DNA of 64,000 nucleotides from Candidatus Eiseniibacteriota bacterium (GTDB lineage Bacteria; Eisenbacteria; RBG-16-71-46; CAZAMP01): NCBI GenBank assembly GCA_965224245.1, contig OZ245046.1, positions 4,768,001 to 4,832,000 of the forward strand, read 5' to 3'. Shown piece by piece: positions 56,175 to 64,000 of this stretch (position 1 is its first letter; each line of letters starts with the position of its first letter). The notes under the pieces were generated by a model. It saw only the letters and a program-made list of their open reading frames with translations, ran no database searches and was not told where the DNA came from. The position numbers and the translations under genes were made by a program.

Positions 56175-57361
56175 CGATCGAGCGTCCGCGTGGCGAGGTC
56201 CGAGAGGCGCGCGGCGGCGGCGATCAGATCCGGGATGTCCGCGTTGCCGACGGCGACGCGGAGCGCCCGTCCCTCGCGCGAACCGAAGGGCGACCCCGGC
56301 AGGACGAGAACGCCGGCCGACGTGGCCAGCTCCCGCGCGAACGTCGGGGCGTCGAGATCCGGCGCACGGTCACCGGCGACGACGTAGGCGAAGAACGCGC
56401 CGGCGCTCTCCACCCGGAGGGGCGCGCCGCTCCCGGCGAGCGCATCCACGAACGCCTCCACGCGACGTCCGATCTCCCGCCGGCGATCCGAGAGCCAGCC
56501 GTCCAGGTCGGGCCACTCGAGCGCCGCCTCGACGGCGAGCTGGGAGGCCCGGGGTGCGCACACGACCTGCGCGTCCTGCACCTTGAGACACGCGGCGATC
56601 ACGTGGGGGTGCGCGGCGATGTAGCCGACCCGGTAGCCGGCCATGGCCAGGGACTTGGAGTACGTGCCGACGACGGCCGCGTGCTCGGGCCAGCCGTCGC
56701 GCGACATCAGCGTGATCGGCGGTCGACCGATCGGGTGGAACTCCAGATACGTCTCGTCGACGACCAGCCGGACGTCCTCCGCGCGACACCGCTCGTCCAG
56801 GACGGACAGCTCGCGCGGCGCGAGCGCGCGCCCGGTCGGGTTGCCCGGGTTGACCACCACCAGCACGCCACCCGGCGGCGCGGGCATCGGCGTGTCCGGC
56901 CCGAGAACGCCGTCGAGGCCGGCGGGCGCCGGTCGCCACTCGGCGACGCGCCCGCCGAGAAGCTCGACCGACATCGCGTGGTTGAAGTAGTACGGCGTCA
57001 TGAGCGTCACGGTGTCGCCCGGATCGACGACCGCGTGCGCGAGCGTATGAAATGCCGAGTTGGCGCCGGGGGTGATCAGCACGTGATCGGCTGTGATCGA
57101 GGCGTCGTGGCGCCGGACGAGATCGGCGGCCACCCTCTCGCGAAGCGAGTCGAGGCCGGGGTCGGGCGTGTAGCGCGACGCCGAGGGGTCGTCCGCCGCC
57201 GCGCGCAGCGCATCCCGCGCCGGCGGCGGAGGTGCGTATGACGGCAGCGCCTGACTGAGATCGATCACGTCATCCCGGCCGCCCAGCGCGGACGCGATGC
57301 TCCGCTTGAACTCGACGATGGGGGGCGCGATCACGGGCGTCGTGCGCGCGGCGGTCTTCAT
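56171..57361 (-). CDS. PLP-dependent aminotransferase, class I/II
   Basis: 'IDLSQALP', 'TPGANSAF', 'PYYFNH', 'NPGNPTG', 'DETY', 'SKSLAMAGYRVGY'. Confidence 0.9.
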   Translation of the reverse strand: MKTAARTTPVIAPPIVEFKRSIASALGGRDDVIDLSQALPSYAPPPPARDALRAAADDPSASRYTPDPGLDSLRERVAADLVRRHDASITADHVLITPGANSAFHTLAHAVVDPGDTVTLMTPYYFNHAMSVELLGGRVAEWRPAPAGLDGVLGPDTPMPAPPGGVLVVVNPGNPTGRALAPRELSVLDERCRAEDVRLVVDETYLEFHPIGRPPITLMSRDGWPEHAAVVGTYSKSLAMAGYRVGYIAAHPHVIAACLKVQDAQVVCAPRASQLAVEAALEWPDLDGWLSDRRREIGRRVEAFVDALAGSGAPLRVESAGAFFAYVVAGDRAPDLDAPTFARELATSAGVLVLPGSPFGSREGRALRVAVGNADIPDLIAAAARLSDLATRTLDR

Positions 57362-57411
57362 CGATCGCGCTCCTCGTGACGATCGTGGCGGCGCTCGGCG
57401 GCGCCATGATA

Positions 57412-58026
57412 TCACTCGCGCGATCGTGTGCCGACGTCCTCCGGGAGCCACCGGGAAGTACCCGTCCGTGTCGTGTACGCGCACGCCGGTACCGCATCCG
57501 GCGAGGCCGCGCCCGTCGCGCACTCGTGCTCGAAGCGCCACTCCACGAGCGGCCGATCGGCGTGCTCGCCGGCATCGTCCAGGTACGTGGTCAGCCCGAA
57601 GTCGGGGGTGCACCACCACCAGTCCACGTCCTCGATCCCGGTGCCCGCGCTGGCTGCTCCGATCATCTGCTGATAGCGGATGACCAGTCCGCGCAGGTAG
57701 TGCGCGGGTCGCTGGCCGATCGGGGTGGAGTCGTACGCGATCATCGCGAGGAGGCCGCCCCGGAAGTCGAGCCGCACCTCGACGCGCTCACCGAGGAGAA
57801 TCGTCGCGAACGTCCAGCCCTCGCCGCCGTAGCCACGCGACGCGAACGCGCGCGCGACCTCCTCCTCGGTGCTGCCCAGGGGCGCGATGGCCGGGAGCAA
57901 CAGGAGATCGGTCTCGGTCAGGGGCGGGACGCCGGACCCGCCCGACACGTGCTCGGCCTCGCAGCCCACGCCGGCGGCCAGGGTGAGGGCCAGCGTCGCC
58001 ACGGTTCGTGGGGTCCGGATGGTCAT
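57412..58026 (-). CDS. Hypothetical lipoprotein
   Basis: Signal peptide with lipobox-like 'AGVGC'; plausible protein composition; no recognised domain. Confidence 0.5.
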   Translation of the reverse strand: MTIRTPRTVATLALTLAAGVGCEAEHVSGGSGVPPLTETDLLLLPAIAPLGSTEEEVARAFASRGYGGEGWTFATILLGERVEVRLDFRGGLLAMIAYDSTPIGQRPAHYLRGLVIRYQQMIGAASAGTGIEDVDWWWCTPDFGLTTYLDDAGEHADRPLVEWRFEHECATGAASPDAVPACAYTTRTGTSRWLPEDVGTRSRE

Positions 58027-58065
58027 GAAGGCGCTCGAAGTGGTTGCCGGAACGCGATGACGACA

Positions 58066-58101
58066 CGGGGAGCCGGCCCCTCGATGGGCGCCGGCTCCCC
58101 G
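58066..58101 (-). terminator. Strong hairpin downstream of the thioredoxin-TPR gene
   Basis: 12-bp perfect arms CGGGGAGCCGGC / GCCGGCTCCCCG plus an inner CCC/GGG pairing; weak U-tract. Confidence 0.55.
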
Positions 58102-58127
58102 GGCATCACACGTTCGCGACGAGGGTG

Positions 58128-59315
58128 TCAGCCCTGGTCGGTCAGGATCTTCTGGAAGCGCTCCAGCTGCTCGGCGTAGTACTCGTTGTCCGGATCGTCG
58201 GCGATCGCCTTCTCGATCCACTCGATCGCCTCGCCGCAGTTGCCGAGCGCGTTGCAGAGCTCGGCCAGCGTGTCGAGAACCATCGCGCGCTCGGCGCCGG
58301 CCGGGGACAGCTCCACGCCGCGCTTGGCCAGCTCCTGCGCCTTCTCGAGCTTCACACCGTTCTCGAAGCACCACCAGGCCACCGAGTTCAGTGAGCTGCC
58401 GGTGTTCTCCCAGCCCTCGGGCATCGTGGCCACGTGAAGCTCGTAGGCCTTGTCACCGTTCCTCTCCACGTGAAGCGCGTGCTCGACCTGGAAGTGCTGG
58501 TGGTAGCGGGACAGCGACTCGTCGTCCCTGGTGGCCTCGAGCGCCCGGGTGATGAACGGGACGTACTGCGTATCGGTGTCCTCGGCCATCCGCCCCATCG
58601 TCATGACGACGTTGGCGATCGTTCGCGCATCGGGGTCGGCGGCCATGACCACCTGGGCCTGCTCGAACAGCGCGGTGCCGGTGTAGAGCCCCCGCGACGC
58701 GCCGCGGGACAGCGACTCGAAGATCATCGCATCGTAGTCGTGCTCGGTCGTGGTCGCGAGCTCGGCGGCGCGCCGGAAGTAAGCGATGGCCTCGGCCGGA
58801 TAGCCGCTGGCCTCGCGGATCGAACCGATCTTGCGCGCGTCGGCCTCGGTCTGCTCCTTGCCGAAGCGCCGCTCGCGAGCGCGGAGCGTCATCGCGTCGG
58901 CGAGGCGCTCGTTCGTGCTCTCGACGAACTCGGCCACGTTGCCGTAGCCGAGCCAGCGGTCCATGGTCTCGGCGTCGCCGTTGGTCAGGATGAACGTCGG
59001 ATAGCTGGTGACGTTTCGGGCGCGCGCGATCTCGCGGCCGAGCTCGTCGGCCTCGGCGTCCAGCTTCAGCAACACGACGTTGTCGGTCAGGTACGACTGC
59101 ATGGTGGCGTCCTCGTTCACCGCACGGGCGAACCTCTTACAGGAGCCTCACCACGCGGTGCCGAGCTCGATCAGAATCGGCTTCTCATTCTCGGCGGAGA
59201 GCGTCTTGGCTTCCTCGAGCGATGTGGCTCCGAGGCCAAAGGCCGGGCTCGCGCCCAGCGCGACCGCGAGCGCCAGCGTTCCGACCACGCGGCCGGAGCG
59301 AACGTTCAACATCAT
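58128..59315 (-). CDS. Exported thioredoxin-fold + TPR selenoprotein (UxxC), 395 aa with UGA read as Sec56
   Basis: The two track ORFs (59148..59333 and 58128..59120) share a frame and join through TGA 59150-59148, giving 'KPILIELGTAW-U-GSCKRF'. Also cis-Pro 'SYPTFIL', a signal peptide and C-terminal TPRs. Confidence 0.85.
59106..59147 (-). promoter_or_regulatory. Bacterial SECIS-like hairpin immediately 3' of the in-frame UGA
   Basis: mRNA GGCUCCU-GUAAGAG-GUUCGCC-CGUGC-GGUGAAC-G-AGGACGCC: lower stem GGC.UCCU / AGGA(C)GCC, upper 7-bp stem, apical loop containing GU. Confidence 0.7.
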
Positions 59316-59688
59316 CTTCCATCCTTTGGTCACGGTCCGCCGGATTGCGAACCGCCGTTACGAGTGTCGAACACATTGGACCCGATCTCGACCCGCCGGT
59401 CACTCTCCCCCCGGCCGGCGCCGGGACCCGAGATCGTCACATGCGGGTATGATGACATACTTCATTCGTCCTCGGGTGATGGCAGCGCCGAGGCGGGGAA
59501 TTGTATGCAGCGGCGGCCGTGTACGGACGGCCGGGGGCGGTTTTGGCGCTCGTCCGGAGGCCCGGGAGTCTCCGTCCGGGGGCTTCCTGGTGCGGTCAGG
59601 GGGCCTCTGATACCATTGCGACATCACACCGTCTCGAGGAGGGCTCGCGCCGGGGCCCGTCGAGACGGGCGCGTTTCCTGGAGGCGTC

Positions 59689-60534
59689 GTGGCATTCTCG
59701 ACCAAGGTCCCTGCGGGGTTCCGGTCCTTCGCGAGGCAAATCGATCGGTGTGTCGATCCGCTGGAAGCCGCCATCGCGCTGGACGAGGCGTTCCACCCGG
59801 ATCTGGACAGCTCCGACACGCGCGCCGAGGTCGACTCGCTGGCGGGCGAGCTCGCCCCGCGCATCCGGGACGCGTACGACGCGGCCACGCGTCTGGAACG
59901 CCTGGGCGAGTTCCTGGGTCAAGAGGCCGGCTTCCGCGGTGAGCGCCGCGGATACGAGGACGCGGACAACTCCTTCGTCCACCGCGTCCTGGAGACGCGG
60001 CGCGGCCTTCCGATCACGCTCTCGGCGGTGTACGTGTCGGTCGCCCTCCGCCTGGACGTGTCGGCCGTCGGGATCTCGCTGCCCGGGCACTTCGTGGTCG
60101 GCCAGCTCGACAGCGCCCCTCCCACGTTCGTGGATCCGTTCCGGAGCGGCCAGCCCATCGCGAAGGAGGGCTGCGACCGCATCGTGCGCGAGGTCACGCG
60201 TGGCGAGGTGCTGACCGCCGACCGGTTCCTCAAGCCCACGTCGCCGCGGACGTTCCTGACCCGGATGCTCAACAACCTGCAGATGGTGTACTGGCGCTCG
60301 CGTCACGACGACCGCAGCTTGCTCTCGGCGCGTCTCCTGTGTGTGCTGAACCCCGAGTCGCCCGACGCGTTCAAGGCGCGGGCCTACTCGTACGATCGAA
60401 TCGGCGACGTCTCCTCGGCGCTGTCCGACTACGAGGTCTACCTGCGCAGCGCGCCCGACTCTGCCGAGGCCGACCGGATCCGCCGGCGCGTGACCCTCCT
60501 GAAGTCGGCGGCCCGCGGCAGCGATCCTCGTTGA
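59689..60534 (+). CDS. SirB1-family (transglutaminase-like + TPR) protein
   Basis: 'GFRGERRGYEDADNSFVHRVLETRRGLPITLS', 'GISLPGHFVV', 'FVDPF', 'RMLNNL'; C-terminal TPR. Confidence 0.88.
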   Translation: MAFSTKVPAGFRSFARQIDRCVDPLEAAIALDEAFHPDLDSSDTRAEVDSLAGELAPRIRDAYDAATRLERLGEFLGQEAGFRGERRGYEDADNSFVHRVLETRRGLPITLSAVYVSVALRLDVSAVGISLPGHFVVGQLDSAPPTFVDPFRSGQPIAKEGCDRIVREVTRGEVLTADRFLKPTSPRTFLTRMLNNLQMVYWRSRHDDRSLLSARLLCVLNPESPDAFKARAYSYDRIGDVSSALSDYEVYLRSAPDSAEADRIRRRVTLLKSAARGSDPR

Positions 60535-60743
60535 CGCGTGGCCGGCACTGCCGGCCATGGTCGCAAGTGACTGGGATCATGTATACATACGCGCGTCTGC
60601 GTTGGCAGCCGGCCGAGGCCCGTGATATGGTCGAGATCTCCCTCTAGCGCACCCTGTCGCCTCGTCGCTCGTGCACGTTGGCCCGACGGCCCCCCTCTCC
60701 GCGACCGGAAGGTGGGGAGCCACCCGCAAGGAGGCTTCGAGAG

Positions 60744-62285
60744 ATGCACCGCTACCCCGGACGATTTCAGGCACTCACGGGGATCGTGACGGCGTTGCTC
60801 GTCACCGCGACCGCGGCATGGTCGGAGACGATCGACGTACCCGGCGACTTCGACACGCTCGACGAGGCCGTCGCCGGCGCCTCGGCGGGCGACGTCATTC
60901 GCGTCGCCGACGGGACGTACTATCCGGAGGTCACGATCACGATCCCGCTGACGATCACGTCGGTCAACGGCGCCGGGACCACGATCCTCGACGGTCAGCT
61001 GTCCCACCGCGTGTTCGACGACGTCACCGCCGACCTCACGCTCGTCGGCTTCACGGTCCAGAACGCCGGCGAGGGTGCACTCTCCGGCTACGCCTACGCG
61101 GGTGGTGCGCTGCGTGCCCGGTCGTCGGCGACGATCGTGGTCGAGGACTGCGTCTTCACCGGCTGTCGCGCCGGCAAGGGCGGCGCCATCTGGAGCGAGG
61201 GCCCGCTCACGGTGCGCCGGACCACCTTCGACGATTGCGGCTCGGGGTATCAGTTCCCCGGATCGGGCCTCGAGGGGGGCGGCGTCCACGTGCGCGCGCC
61301 GACCGCGCTGATCGAGGATTGCAGGTTCATCAACAGCCGTGCGTATCGCGGCTCCGGGGTGTTCGCGTTCGCCGAGCTCACCGCCGTCCGGAGCGATTTC
61401 GCCGATCTGTGGTCGAACTCCAGCGGGGGCGGAATCTTCCACGTCGGCACTGGCACACAGATGCTCGTCGTCGAGGACTGTCACTTCGAGGCGAATCACG
61501 CCGGTTCGGGGGGCGGGCTGTCCAGCAACTCGTCGGGCCTGCGCACGGTTCGCGGGTGCGAGTTTCGCGAGAACGAGGGCGGTCAGGTCGGCGGCGGGAT
61601 CGCCATCTCGTTGAACGGTGCCGTGACGATCGAGGACTGTACGTTCGTGGACAACGTCGCGCTGCAGCAGGGCGGCGGCGGAGCGTTCATCTACCAGGTC
61701 CTCGAAGGCGTGACTGTTCGCGACTGCTACTTCCGAGGCAACTCCGCAGATGATCTCGAGGACATCAACGCCGGCGGCGGCGCACTCTGGCTCGCCGAGA
61801 ACGCATCGGGACACGGAGTCGACGTCCAGGACTGCACGTTCGTCGAGAACGTGGCCGCGCGCGGGTCGGTGGCCATGATCCAGAAGCTCGCGTCGGGCAC
61901 GGAGTTCCCGCGGTTTGCGCGCTGCATCTTCGCCTACAACCAGTCGTTCAGCGGCGGCTCGGTCTACAACATCTACTCCTGCGGCATTCCGGGTACGCCC
62001 GGGGCCCCCACGGCCTCGACGTCGTGCTCGGTGTTCTTCTCGAACTCGCCGAGCGATCAGTTCTGTGGCACCGACGTCGGTGACAACGCGATCATCGACC
62101 CGGCGCGAATCGAGTCTCCGCTGTTCTGCGACGACAACTACGACTCGATCTGCGCCGACTCCATCGCGAGCGAGATCTTCTGCGGTCCGGTGGGCGGACT
62201 TCCGATGTGCGGCGAGTGTCTCGTGCCGATCGAGGCGTCCTCGTGGGGTCGCATCAAGAGTCGATACCGCTCCACCGGCGAATGA
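60744..62285 (+). CDS. Secreted parallel beta-helix protein with Pmp-like GGA(I/L)/FxxN repeats and a C-terminal 'SWGRIKSRY' tail
   Basis: Signal peptide; 'ETIDVPGDFDTLDEAV...GD.I.VADGTY'; GGAL/GGAI and FEAN/FREN/FVDN/FRGN/FVEN repeats; Cys-rich C-terminus. AAGGAGG upstream. Confidence 0.8.
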   Translation: MHRYPGRFQALTGIVTALLVTATAAWSETIDVPGDFDTLDEAVAGASAGDVIRVADGTYYPEVTITIPLTITSVNGAGTTILDGQLSHRVFDDVTADLTLVGFTVQNAGEGALSGYAYAGGALRARSSATIVVEDCVFTGCRAGKGGAIWSEGPLTVRRTTFDDCGSGYQFPGSGLEGGGVHVRAPTALIEDCRFINSRAYRGSGVFAFAELTAVRSDFADLWSNSSGGGIFHVGTGTQMLVVEDCHFEANHAGSGGGLSSNSSGLRTVRGCEFRENEGGQVGGGIAISLNGAVTIEDCTFVDNVALQQGGGGAFIYQVLEGVTVRDCYFRGNSADDLEDINAGGGALWLAENASGHGVDVQDCTFVENVAARGSVAMIQKLASGTEFPRFARCIFAYNQSFSGGSVYNIYSCGIPGTPGAPTASTSCSVFFSNSPSDQFCGTDVGDNAIIDPARIESPLFCDDNYDSICADSIASEIFCGPVGGLPMCGECLVPIEASSWGRIKSRYRSTGE

Positions 62286-62944
62286 CCCACGTGGTCGTGT
62301 CCCGCGCACGACGGGCGGCGTGTGCCGGTGCGCTCGCCGCTCTCGTCGCGACGGCGGTCGCCGCGACGACGCAGGCCGCGACGCGGTGGATCCGGGTGGC
62401 CGTCGGCCCCTCGCTTCCGGTATCGGATCTGGCCAACGAGGAGCCGGGACGGTACCTGGGTGGTCAGTCCACCGGCTACACCGCGGAGGTGGGCGTTCGC
62501 GTTCCGCTGGCCGAGGCGTTCTTCGTCAGGCCGTCGCTGTCGTTTCACCGGTTCGGCAAGTGGCACGAGCCCATGCTGGCGGTTCTCGACACCGACGGCG
62601 AGCTGACGTCGCTGGACTGGACGCGGCGGACGTCGATGGGCGGGCTTCGCATCTACTTCGAGTACATCCCACCTCCCGAGAACGGGTTCACCGTCTTCAT
62701 GAACGGCTCGATGGGGCTTCTGTACCTCCGACAGGACGACGACATCGTCTTCCTCGACGGCAGCACCCAGTCGCTGCTCGAGGAGGTGTCCGGCGCCGGC
62801 GCCACCGCCGGCGTCGGCATCCGCGTGAGCGACGCCGAGCTCGCGCTCGCCATGACGTTTCAGCAGCCGGGGTTCGAGTTCGAATCGCCCAACTGGTTCT
62901 CGGTCGACGTGACGCTCGGCTACACGTTTCCCAGCCCGTTCTAG
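62282..62944 (+). CDS. Small outer-membrane beta-barrel protein
   Basis: Signal peptide, about eight amphipathic strands, C-terminal 'VTLGYTFPSPF'. ATGA overlap with the beta-helix gene. Confidence 0.65.
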   Translation: MTHVVVSRARRAACAGALAALVATAVAATTQAATRWIRVAVGPSLPVSDLANEEPGRYLGGQSTGYTAEVGVRVPLAEAFFVRPSLSFHRFGKWHEPMLAVLDTDGELTSLDWTRRTSMGGLRIYFEYIPPPENGFTVFMNGSMGLLYLRQDDDIVFLDGSTQSLLEEVSGAGATAGVGIRVSDAELALAMTFQQPGFEFESPNWFSVDVTLGYTFPSPF

Positions 62945-63645
62945 ATTCGCGGCCCCCGCTGGATGGAGCCGTCGGGCTCTGGGCCGGCGAGCTCGCACCA
63001 CCGGGCCAGGATCCGCCACACGCCGATCATGTCGTCGGCCATCGCATCCGGCCCGGTCGTGGCGAGCTCGGCCCGCGTGGAGAGCCCACTCGCGACCGCG
63101 ATCGAGCGGCACCCGGCCGCGCGGGCGCTGGCGACGTCGGTGACCGCGTCGCCCACGAGGACCGCATCCCCGGCCGGGGTGTCGAGGCGACGACACGCTT
63201 CGAGCACCGGCTCGGGGCCGGGCTTCAGGTAGGGGGTCGTGTCTCCCCCGACGATCACCTCGAAGGGCGCGTCGAGATCGAAGGCCGACAGGATCTGCCG
63301 GCAGAAGCGCTCCGGCTTGTTCGAGACGACGCCGAGCCGCCGGCCGGCGAGCGCGTCGATCAGCGGGCGCACGCCGTCGTAGACGGTGGAGTGGTCCAGG
63401 CAGTGCTCCCGATAGTGGGCACGAAAGCGGGCGACCGCGTCGGCCTCTCGACCGACCCACGCCGGCCCGAGCGCGCGCTCGAGGAGCACGTCGAGCCCGT
63501 GGCCGATGAAGCCGGCGACGACGTCGTCGTCGAGTACCGGGAGTCCCAGCTGTCGGCGCACCTCGTTGGCCGACCGGGCGATGTCGAGTCGCGTCTCGAC
63601 GAGCGTCATGTCGAGGTCGAACAGGATCGCGTGTGGACCGCGCAT
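62941..63645 (-). CDS. HAD-superfamily hydrolase (phosphoglycolate-phosphatase-like)
   Basis: 'FDLDMTLVET', 'VVSNK', 'KPGPEP', 'VGDAVTDVASARAAG'. Confidence 0.88.
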   Translation of the reverse strand: MRGPHAILFDLDMTLVETRLDIARSANEVRRQLGLPVLDDDVVAGFIGHGLDVLLERALGPAWVGREADAVARFRAHYREHCLDHSTVYDGVRPLIDALAGRRLGVVSNKPERFCRQILSAFDLDAPFEVIVGGDTTPYLKPGPEPVLEACRRLDTPAGDAVLVGDAVTDVASARAAGCRSIAVASGLSTRAELATTGPDAMADDMIGVWRILARWCELAGPEPDGSIQRGPRI

Positions 63646-63794
63646 CGGCGATCGTCCTTGCTATGATGCGTGATCGGGTTCGGTGACGACGAGCGATCGG
63701 GCTCGTCGCCGGGAAAGAGGATCCTACGGGAAGTGGCGGTCGCGTGTCGCCGGTGCAAGCCGCGCCGGCCGACGCTCAACGGCGGAGGCCATGT

Positions 63795-64000
63795 ATGTGG
63801 GGACGCATTCAGATCGTCATGGTCATCGTGGCCATCGTGTTCATCGCGTCGGTGCTGGAGCTGATCCGGCGCCGGCGGATCAAGGAGGAGTACTCGCTAC
63901 TGTGGCTCCTGGCCGGCGTGGTCGTGCTGACGCTGTCGATCTTCCGATCGTTCCTCGAGGACGTCGCCGCGGCGATGGGCATCTATTACGCCCCCTCGGC
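63795..64000 (+). CDS. DUF2304-family membrane protein, truncated at the right edge (absent from the ORF track)
   Basis: Own translation: MWGRIQIVMVIVAIVFIASVLELIRRRRIKEEYSLLWLLAGVVVLTLSIFRSFLEDVAAAMGIYYAPS. GGAGG RBS; TGCTATGAT extended -10 at 63659-63667. Confidence 0.78.
   Translation, partial: MWGRIQIVMVIVAIVFIASVLELIRRRRIKEEYSLLWLLAGVVVLTLSIFRSFLEDVAAAMGIYYAPS

Noticed and set aside
51534-56387. 1617-aa plus-strand ORF, the longest in the track
   Set aside because: Antisense shadow of real minus-strand genes (GNAT, SRPBCC, M48, MFS). Arg/Gly/Pro-rich with no motifs, as expected in high-GC DNA.
50452-57361. EgtC-like amidotransferase plus PLP enzyme as an ergothioneine or selenoneine pathway
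   Set aside because: No egtB/egtD or senA/senB/senC-like genes in the window, the two genes are not adjacent, and the PLP enzyme is class I/II rather than EgtE-like class V.
59148-59150. Reading the in-frame TGA as a nonsense mutation (pseudogene)
   Set aside because: The stop falls exactly on the redox Cys position, is followed by a SECIS-like hairpin, and the rest of the gene is intact. Sec recoding is the better explanation, pending a check for sel genes.
1-64000. CRISPR arrays, tRNA/rRNA genes, transposases, integrases, prophage or defence systems
   Set aside because: None recognised by eye. Small ncRNAs in the larger intergenic regions (41505-42236, 46400-46970, 59320-59690) cannot be excluded without an Infernal/Rfam search.

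Overview
GC-rich bacterial chromosome segment. Gene content (FlgD-Ig C-terminal domains, a C-terminal 'SWGxIK' tail, PEGA and FN3 proteins) tentatively suggests an FCB-related candidate phylum such as Eisenbacteria, Krumholzibacteria or Latescibacteria; this is inference only. From left to right: (i) a left-truncated operon of TPR protein, ExbB/TolQ, two ExbD/TolR, TonB and a FlgD-Ig protein (1-5.8 kb); (ii) an XRE-regulated three-gene operon with an alpha/beta hydrolase; (iii) a VanZ-like gene; (iv) a ~32 kb minus-strand Wzx/Wzy exopolysaccharide cluster, much of it translationally coupled, headed by a membrane protein, a TPR lipoprotein and PrsK/PrsR and carrying unusual tailoring enzymes (radical SAM, PhyH dioxygenase, FkbM methyltransferase, asparagine-synthase-like, acyl-CoA ligase); (v) a PEP-CTERM/exosortase/EpsI/deacetylase locus with two PEP-CTERM genes, each with a visible sigma-54 promoter and a related palindromic enhancer; (vi) assorted housekeeping and envelope genes. 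Best finds: an exported thioredoxin-TPR protein split by the ORF caller at an in-frame UGA (W-U-G-S-C, with a SECIS-like hairpin directly downstream), i.e. a probable unannotated selenoprotein; a PEP-CTERM protein with thioester-domain-like motifs; a Ton/Tol motor whose second ExbD lacks the conserved transmembrane Asp; and three different C-terminal surface-sorting signals within about 20 kb. No CRISPR array, rRNA, tRNA or mobile element was recognised.
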